A stretch of 19,846 nucleotides of DNA, from the NCBI GenBank assembly GCA_002189035.1, contig NEEC01000064.1, positions 1-19,846 on the forward strand, in the 5' to 3' direction. A model generated the notes under the pieces. The model had not been told where the DNA came from, searched no databases, and worked only from the letters and a program-made list of their open reading frames with translations. The translations under genes were made by a program, and so were the position numbers. Source of the stretch: Utricularia gibba (lineage: Eukaryota > Plantae > Magnoliophyta). Of this stretch, positions 10,601 through 19,846 are shown piece after piece (the first letter of the stretch is position 1; every line of letters begins with the position of its first letter).

Positions 10601-13600
10601 ACAAACGTAACTCCAAATTATAATACTTGGAGCTCGAAAAGGGCTTCCCAACAGTGTGCTATGAAGAGCAAGGATCTGCATGTTATGCAAGAGGTGCTTC
10701 GCGGACCAGGATGTGCGACGTAGTCATTTCATTGCGCATCATCATTCGGGGTGCATCCTAAAAATCACACGTGCACGGGATTCATTAAAAATAAATATTT
10801 ACGCATATCCAGAGTGTATAACAGTGTTGGGATAAGTGATGCCACGAAATTCATGATGTAGCATGTGACTTTTTTCCAACTTGATCGCATAGTAGATGAA
10901 TTCTGACACCATATGTTTTGGCTTTTGATTGATGCATTTAGTTGCTATGATACTTCTGATTCTTGATGCACCATTCCCGTATACCATGTCTCTAGTGGCT
11001 ATTTGATTCTTTTGCCTTGTATGTTGTTCGCATCAATTTCGAGAACATGAAGCACATTATTAAATGCAGTCACCACGGAATGCCACGTGAGACACTTTTC
11101 GTTGTGGCTTGTTTTTAATATGTCCACAGTTATCGGACAAACGTAACTCCAAATTATAATACTTGGAGCTCGAAAAGGGCTTCCCAACAGTGTGCTATGA
11201 AGAGCAAGGATCTGCATGTTATGCAAGAGGTGCTTCGCGGACCAGGATGTGCGACGTAGTCATTTCATTGCGCATCATCATTCGGGGTGCATCCTAAAAA
11301 TCACACGTGCACGGGATTCATTAAAAATAAATATTTACGCATATCCAGAGTGTATAACAGTGTTGGGATAAGTGATGCCACGAAATTCATGATGTAGCAT
11401 GTGACTTTTTTCCAACTTGATCGCATAGTAGATGAATTCTGACACCATATGTTTTGGCTTTTGATTGATGCATTTAGTTGCTATGATACTTCTGATTCTT
11501 GATGCACCATTCCCGTATACCATGTCTCTAGTGGCTATTTGATTCTTTTGCCTTGTATGTTGTTCGCATCAATTTCGAGAACATGAAGCACATTATTAAA
11601 TGCAGTCACCACGGAATGCCACGTGAGACACTTTTCGTTGTGGCTTGTTTTTAATATGTCCACAGTTATCGGACAAACGTAACTCCAAATTATAATACTT
11701 GGAGCTCGAAAAGGGCTTCCCAACAGTGTGCTATGAAGAGCAAGGATCTGCATGTTATGCAAGAGGTGCTTCGCGGACCAGGATGTGCGACGTAGTCATT
11801 TCATTGCGCATCATCATTCGGGGTGCATCCTAAAAATCACACGTGCACGGGATTCATTAAAAATAAATATTTACGCATATCCAGAGTGTATAACAGTGTT
11901 GGGATAAGTGATGCCACGAAATTCATGATGTAGCATGTGACTTTTTTCCAACTTGATCGCATAGTAGATGAATTCTGACACCATATGTTTTGGCTTTTGA
12001 TTGATGCATTTAGTTGCTATGATACTTCTGATTCTTGATGCACCATTCCCGTATACCATGTCTCTAGTGGCTATTTGATTCTTTTGCCTTGTATGTTGTT
12101 CGCATCAATTTCGAGAACATGAAGCACATTATTAAATGCAGTCACCACGGAATGCCACGTGAGACACTTTTCGTTGTGGCTTGTTTTTAATATGTCCACA
12201 GTTATCGGACAAACGTAACTCCAAATTATAATACTTGGAGCTCGAAAAGGGCTTCCCAACAGTGTGCTATGAAGAGCAAGGATCTGCATGTTATGCAAGA
12301 GGTGCTTCGCGGACCAGGATGTGCGACGTAGTCATTTCATTGCGCATCATCATTCGGGGTGCATCCTAAAAATCACACGTGCACGGGATTCATTAAAAAT
12401 AAATATTTACGCATATCCAGAGTGTATAACAGTGTTGGGATAAGTGATGCCACGAAATTCATGATGTAGCATGTGACTTTTTTCCAACTTGATCGCATAG
12501 TAGATGAATTCTGACACCATATGTTTTGGCTTTTGATTGATGCATTTAGTTGCTATGATACTTCTGATTCTTGATGCACCATTCCCGTATACCATGTCTC
12601 TAGTGGCTATTTGATTCTTTTGCCTTGTATGTTGTTCGCATCAATTTCGAGAACATGAAGCACATTATTAAATGCAGTCACCACGGAATGCCACGTGAGA
12701 CACTTTTCGTTGTGGCTTGTTTTTAATATGTCCACAGTTATCGGACAAACGTAACTCCAAATTATAATACTTGGAGCTCGAAAAGGGCTTCCCAACAGTG
12801 TGCTATGAAGAGCAAGGATCTGCATGTTATGCAAGAGGTGCTTCGCGGACCAGGATGTGCGACGTAGTCATTTCATTGCGCATCATCATTCGGGGTGCAT
12901 CCTAAAAATCACACGTGCACGGGATTCATTAAAAATAAATATTTACGCATATCCAGAGTGTATAACAGTGTTGGGATAAGTGATGCCACGAAATTCATGA
13001 TGTAGCATGTGACTTTTTTCCAACTTGATCGCATAGTAGATGAATTCTGACACCATATGTTTTGGCTTTTGATTGATGCATTTAGTTGCTATGATACTTC
13101 TGATTCTTGATGCACCATTCCCGTATACCATGTCTCTAGTGGCTATTTGATTCTTTTGCCTTGTATGTTGTTCGCATCAATTTCGAGAACATGAAGCACA
13201 TTATTAAATGCAGTCACCACGGAATGCCACGTGAGACACTTTTCGTTGTGGCTTGTTTTTAATATGTCCACAGTTATCGGACAAACGTAACTCCAAATTA
13301 TAATACTTGGAGCTCGAAAAGGGCTTCCCAACAGTGTGCTATGAAGAGCAAGGATCTGCATGTTATGCAAGAGGTGCTTCGCGGACCAGGATGTGCGACG
13401 TAGTCATTTCATTGCGCATCATCATTCGGGGTGCATCCTAAAAATCACACGTGCACGGGATTCATTAAAAATAAATATTTACGCATATCCAGAGTGTATA
13501 ACAGTGTTGGGATAAGTGATGCCACGAAATTCATGATGTAGCATGTGACTTTTTTCCAACTTGATCGCATAGTAGATGAATTCTGACACCATATGTTTTG

Positions 13601-16600
13601 GCTTTTGATTGATGCATTTAGTTGCTATGATACTTCTGATTCTTGATGCACCATTCCCGTATACCATGTCTCTAGTGGCTATTTGATTCTTTTGCCTTGT
13701 ATGTTGTTCGCATCAATTTCGAGAACATGAAGCACATTATTAAATGCAGTCACCACGGAATGCCACGTGAGACACTTTTCGTTGTGGCTTGTTTTTAATA
13801 TGTCCACAGTTATCGGACAAACGTAACTCCAAATTATAATACTTGGAGCTCGAAAAGGGCTTCCCAACAGTGTGCTATGAAGAGCAAGGATCTGCATGTT
13901 ATGCAAGAGGTGCTTCGCGGACCAGGATGTGCGACGTAGTCATTTCATTGCGCATCATCATTCGGGGTGCATCCTAAAAATCACACGTGCACGGGATTCA
14001 TTAAAAATAAATATTTACGCATATCCAGAGTGTATAACAGTGTTGGGATAAGTGATGCCACGAAATTCATGATGTAGCATGTGACTTTTTTCCAACTTGA
14101 TCGCATAGTAGATGAATTCTGACACCATATGTTTTGGCTTTTGATTGATGCATTTAGTTGCTATGATACTTCTGATTCTTGATGCACCATTCCCGTATAC
14201 CATGTCTCTAGTGGCTATTTGATTCTTTTGCCTTGTATGTTGTTCGCATCAATTTCGAGAACATGAAGCACATTATTAAATGCAGTCACCACGGAATGCC
14301 ACGTGAGACACTTTTCGTTGTGGCTTGTTTTTAATATGTCCACAGTTATCGGACAAACGTAACTCCAAATTATAATACTTGGAGCTCGAAAAGGGCTTCC
14401 CAACAGTGTGCTATGAAGAGCAAGGATCTGCATGTTATGCAAGAGGTGCTTCGCGGACCAGGATGTGCGACGTAGTCATTTCATTGCGCATCATCATTCG
14501 GGGTGCATCCTAAAAATCACACGTGCACGGGATTCATTAAAAATAAATATTTACGCATATCCAGAGTGTATAACAGTGTTGGGATAAGTGATGCCACGAA
14601 ATTCATGATGTAGCATGTGACTTTTTTCCAACTTGATCGCATAGTAGATGAATTCTGACACCATATGTTTTGGCTTTTGATTGATGCATTTAGTTGCTAT
14701 GATACTTCTGATTCTTGATGCACCATTCCCGTATACCATGTCTCTAGTGGCTATTTGATTCTTTTGCCTTGTATGTTGTTCGCATCAATTTCGAGAACAT
14801 GAAGCACATTATTAAATGCAGTCACCACGGAATGCCACGTGAGACACTTTTCGTTGTGGCTTGTTTTTAATATGTCCACAGTTATCGGACAAACGTAACT
14901 CCAAATTATAATACTTGGAGCTCGAAAAGGGCTTCCCAACAGTGTGCTATGAAGAGCAAGGATCTGCATGTTATGCAAGAGGTGCTTCGCGGACCAGGAT
15001 GTGCGACGTAGTCATTTCATTGCGCATCATCATTCGGGGTGCATCCTAAAAATCACACGTGCACGGGATTCATTAAAAATAAATATTTACGCATATCCAG
15101 AGTGTATAACAGTGTTGGGATAAGTGATGCCACGAAATTCATGATGTAGCATGTGACTTTTTTCCAACTTGATCGCATAGTAGATGAATTCTGACACCAT
15201 ATGTTTTGGCTTTTGATTGATGCATTTAGTTGCTATGATACTTCTGATTCTTGATGCACCATTCCCGTATACCATGTCTCTAGTGGCTATTTGATTCTTT
15301 TGCCTTGTATGTTGTTCGCATCAATTTCGAGAACATGAAGCACATTATTAAATGCAGTCACCACGGAATGCCACGTGAGACACTTTTCGTTGTGGCTTGT
15401 TTTTAATATGTCCACAGTTATCGGACAAACGTAACTCCAAATTATAATACTTGGAGCTCGAAAAGGGCTTCCCAACAGTGTGCTATGAAGAGCAAGGATC
15501 TGCATGTTATGCAAGAGGTGCTTCGCGGACCAGGATGTGCGACGTAGTCATTTCATTGCGCATCATCATTCGGGGTGCATCCTAAAAATCACACGTGCAC
15601 GGGATTCATTAAAAATAAATATTTACGCATATCCAGAGTGTATAACAGTGTTGGGATAAGTGATGCCACGAAATTCATGATGTAGCATGTGACTTTTTTC
15701 CAACTTGATCGCATAGTAGATGAATTCTGACACCATATGTTTTGGCTTTTGATTGATGCATTTAGTTGCTATGATACTTCTGATTCTTGATGCACCATTC
15801 CCGTATACCATGTCTCTAGTGGCTATTTGATTCTTTTGCCTTGTATGTTGTTCGCATCAATTTCGAGAACATGAAGCACATTATTAAATGCAGTCACCAC
15901 GGAATGCCACGTGAGACACTTTTCGTTGTGGCTTGTTTTTAATATGTCCACAGTTATCGGACAAACGTAACTCCAAATTATAATACTTGGAGCTCGAAAA
16001 GGGCTTCCCAACAGTGTGCTATGAAGAGCAAGGATCTGCATGTTATGCAAGAGGTGCTTCGCGGACCAGGATGTGCGACGTAGTCATTTCATTGCGCATC
16101 ATCATTCGGGGTGCATCCTAAAAATCACACGTGCACGGGATTCATTAAAAATAAATATTTACGCATATCCAGAGTGTATAACAGTGTTGGGATAAGTGAT
16201 GCCACGAAATTCATGATGTAGCATGTGACTTTTTTCCAACTTGATCGCATAGTAGATGAATTCTGACACCATATGTTTTGGCTTTTGATTGATGCATTTA
16301 GTTGCTATGATACTTCTGATTCTTGATGCACCATTCCCGTATACCATGTCTCTAGTGGCTATTTGATTCTTTTGCCTTGTATGTTGTTCGCATCAATTTC
16401 GAGAACATGAAGCACATTATTAAATGCAGTCACCACGGAATGCCACGTGAGACACTTTTCGTTGTGGCTTGTTTTTAATATGTCCACAGTTATCGGACAA
16501 ACGTAACTCCAAATTATAATACTTGGAGCTCGAAAAGGGCTTCCCAACAGTGTGCTATGAAGAGCAAGGATCTGCATGTTATGCAAGAGGTGCTTCGCGG

Positions 16601-18222
16601 ACCAGGATGTGCGACGTAGTCATTTCATTGCGCATCATCATTCGGGGTGCATCCTAAAAATCACACGTGCACGGGATTCATTAAAAATAAATATTTACGC
16701 ATATCCAGAGTGTATAACAGTGTTGGGATAAGTGATGCCACGAAATTCATGATGTAGCATGTGACTTTTTTCCAACTTGATCGCATAGTAGATGAATTCT
16801 GACACCATATGTTTTGGCTTTTGATTGATGCATTTAGTTGCTATGATACTTCTGATTCTTGATGCACCATTCCCGTATACCATGTCTCTAGTGGCTATTT
16901 GATTCTTTTGCCTTGTATGTTGTTCGCATCAATTTCGAGAACATGAAGCACATTATTAAATGCAGTCACCACGGAATGCCACGTGAGACACTTTTCGTTG
17001 TGGCTTGTTTTTAATATGTCCACAGTTATCGGACAAACGTAACTCCAAATTATAATACTTGGAGCTCGAAAAGGGCTTCCCAACAGTGTGCTATGAAGAG
17101 CAAGGATCTGCATGTTATGCAAGAGGTGCTTCGCGGACCAGGATGTGCGACGTAGTCATTTCATTGCGCATCATCATTCGGGGTGCATCCTAAAAATCAC
17201 ACGTGCACGGGATTCATTAAAAATAAATATTTACGCATATCCAGAGTGTATAACAGTGTTGGGATAAGTGATGCCACGAAATTCATGATGTAGCATGTGA
17301 CTTTTTTCCAACTTGATCGCATAGTAGATGAATTCTGACACCATATGTTTTGGCTTTTGATTGATGCATTTAGTTGCTATGATACTTCTGATTCTTGATG
17401 CACCATTCCCGTATACCATGTCTCTAGTGGCTATTTGATTCTTTTGCCTTGTATGTTGTTCGCATCAATTTCGAGAACATGAAGCACATTATTAAATGCA
17501 GTCACCACGGAATGCCACGTGAGACACTTTTCGTTGTGGCTTGTTTTTAATATGTCCACAGTTATCGGACAAACGTAACTCCAAATTATAATACTTGGAG
17601 CTCGAAAAGGGCTTCCCAACAGTGTGCTATGAAGAGCAAGGATCTGCATGTTATGCAAGAGGTGCTTCGCGGACCAGGATGTGCGACGTAGTCATTTCAT
17701 TGCGCATCATCATTCGGGGTGCATCCTAAAAATCACACGTGCACGGGATTCATTAAAAATAAATATTTACGCATATCCAGAGTGTATAACAGTGTTGGGA
17801 TAAGTGATGCCACGAAATTCATGATGTAGCATGTGACTTTTTTCCAACTTGATCGCATAGTAGATGAATTCTGACACCATATGTTTTGGCTTTTGATTGA
17901 TGCATTTAGTTGCTATGATACTTCTGATTCTTGATGCACCATTCCCGTATACCATGTCTCTAGTGGCTATTTGATTCTTTTGCCTTGTATGTTGTTCGCA
18001 TCAATTTCGAGAACATGAAGCACATTATTAAATGCAGTCACCACGGAATGCCACGTGAGACACTTTTCGTTGTGGCTTGTTTTTAATATGTCCACAGTTA
18101 TCGGACAAACGTAACTCCAAATTATAATACTTGGAGCTCGAAAAGGGCTTCCCAACAGTGTGCTATGAAGAGCAAGGATCTGCATGTTATGCAAGAGGTG
18201 CTTCGCGGACCAGGATGTGCGA
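1607..18222. repeat. Homogeneous core of 31 apparently identical 536-bp copies (copies 4-34)
   Basis: Exact 536-bp spacing and identical translations of both minus-strand ORFs in all of these copies. No differences were seen on reading, but silent or intergenic substitutions could have been missed by eye. Confidence 0.9.
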
Positions 18223-18790
18223 CGTAGTCATTTCATTGCGCATCATCATTCGGGGTGCATCCTAAAAATCACACGTGCACGGATTCATTAAAAATAAATA
18301 TTTACGCATATCCAGAGTGTATAAGTGATGTGATGCATCCCAACTTGATCGCATAGTAGATGAATTCTGACACCATATGTTTTGGCTTTTGATTGATGCA
18401 TTTAGTTGCTATGATACTTCTGATTCTTGATGCACCATTCCCGTATACCATAGTGGCTATTTGATTCTTTTGCCTTGTATGTTGTTCGCATCAATTTCGA
18501 GAACATGAAGCACATTATTAAATGCAGTCACCACGGAATGCCACGTGAGACACTTTTCGTTGTGGCTTGTTTTTAATATGTCCACAGTTATCGGACAAAC
18601 GTAACTCCAAATTATAATACTTGGAGCTCGCTTCCCAACGTGCTATGAAGAGCAAGGATCTGCATGTTATGTGCTTCGCGGACCAGGATGTGCGACGTAG
18701 TCATTTCATTGCGCATCATCATTCGGGGTGCATCCTCACACGTGCACTTCATTAAAAATAAATATTTACGCATATCCAGATGTATAACAG
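18223..18790. other. Degraded copies 35-36 with a dense cluster of short deletions
   Basis: By alignment to the unit, copy 35 has lost 63 nt: 1, about 39 (in four steps at ~18325-18340), 6, 7, 3 and 7 nt. The start of copy 36 has lost 11 nt (6, 4, 1). Confidence 0.9.
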
Positions 18791-19846
18791 TGTTGGGATA
18801 AGTGATGCCACGAAATTCATGATGTAGCATGTGACTTTTTTCCAACTTGATCGCATAGTAGATGAATTCTGACACCATATGTTTTGGCTTTTGATTGATG
18901 CATTTAGTTGCTATGATACTTCTGATTCTTGATGCACCATTCCCGTATACCATGTCTCTAGTGGCTATTTGATTCTTTTGCCTTGTATGTTGTTCGCATC
19001 AATTTCGAGAACATGAAGCACATTATTAAATGCAGTCACCACGGAATGCCACGTGAGACACTTTTCGTTGTGGCTTGTTTTTAATATGTCCACAGTTATC
19101 GGACAAACGTAACTCCAAATTATAATACTTGGAGCTCGAAAGGGCTTCCAACACTGTTTGCTATGAAGAGCAAGGATCTGCATGTTATGCAAGAGGTGCT
19201 TCGCGGACCAGGATGTGCGACGTAGTCATTTCATTGCGCATCATCATTCGGGGTGCATCCTAAAAATCACACGTGCACGGGATTCATTAAAAATAAATAT
19301 TTACGCATATCCAGAGTGTATAACAGTGTTGGGATAAGTGATGCCACGAAATTCATGATGTAGCATGTGACTTTTTTCCAACTTGATCGCATAGTAGATG
19401 AATTCTGACACCATATGTTTTGGCTTTTGATTGATGCATTTAGTTGCTATGATACTTCTGATTCTTGATGCACCATTCCCGTATACCATGTCTCTAGTGG
19501 CTATTTGATTCTTTTGCCTTGTATGTTGTTCGCATCAATTTCGAGAACATGAAGCACATTATTAAATGCAATCACCACGGAATGCCACGTGAGACACTTT
19601 TCGTTGTGGCTTGTTTTTAATATGTCCACAGTTATCGGACAAACGTAACTCCAAATTATAATACTTGGAGCTCGAAAAGGGCTTCCCAACAGTGTGCTAT
19701 GAAGAGCAAGGATCTGCATGTTATGCAAGAGGTGCTTCGCGGACCAGGATGTGCGACATAGTCATTTCATTGCGCATCATCATTCGGGGTGCATCCTAAA
19801 AATCACACGTGCACGGATTCATTAAAAATAAATATTTACGCATATC

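Larger units (their letters stand above)
1..19846. repeat. Head-to-tail tandem array of a 536-bp unit, 37 full copies + 90-bp partial copy
   Basis: The unit start cgtagtcatttcattgcg recurs at 1, 537, 1072, 1607, then every 536 bp to 18223, then at 18696, 19221 and 19757. The ORF track repeats with the same period. Copy 2 and copy 3 are 535 bp, copy 35 is 473 bp and copy 36 is 525 bp. Confidence 0.99.

Noticed and set aside
18612-18953. 113-aa ORF, the longest in the track
   Set aside because: It is a chimera of frames created by the deletion cluster in copies 35-36 and occurs once, in the error-rich region.
1-19846. CRISPR array
   Set aside because: Whole units are identical, with no short repeat alternating with variable spacers.

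Overview
The whole 19,846-bp window is one head-to-tail tandem array of a 536-bp unit (~40.5% GC by hand count): 37 full copies plus a 90-bp partial copy. Copies 4-34 (1607-18222) appear identical, and every variant I found lies in copies 2-3 and 35-38. Most variants are homopolymer slips or short deletions. This pattern fits a long-read or rolling-circle concatemer of a 536-bp circular DNA, or a collapsed and polished satellite, better than an ordinary genomic locus. No known gene, RNA gene, CRISPR array or Rep/transposase is recognisable. The unit does have internal structure. (i) A + strand reading frame missed by the ORF track encodes a canonical-spacing C2H2 zinc-finger motif (CMLCKRCFADQDVRRSHFIAH) in the GC-richest part of the unit. 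(ii) An 11/12-bp inverted repeat brackets that frame, and in copy 36 a variant makes one arm match its partner. (iii) A stem-loop carries a near-circovirus nonamer (AAGTATTAT) on the minus strand. (iv) A phiX174 nick-site 9-mer (CAACTTGAT) is present. (v) TGATGC occurs five times. (vi) Two short minus-strand ORFs lie in tandem. The working hypothesis, which is inference only, is a tiny non-autonomous circular element possibly encoding a zinc-binding micropeptide. An amplified fragment of a eukaryotic genome or a satellite repeat cannot be excluded.
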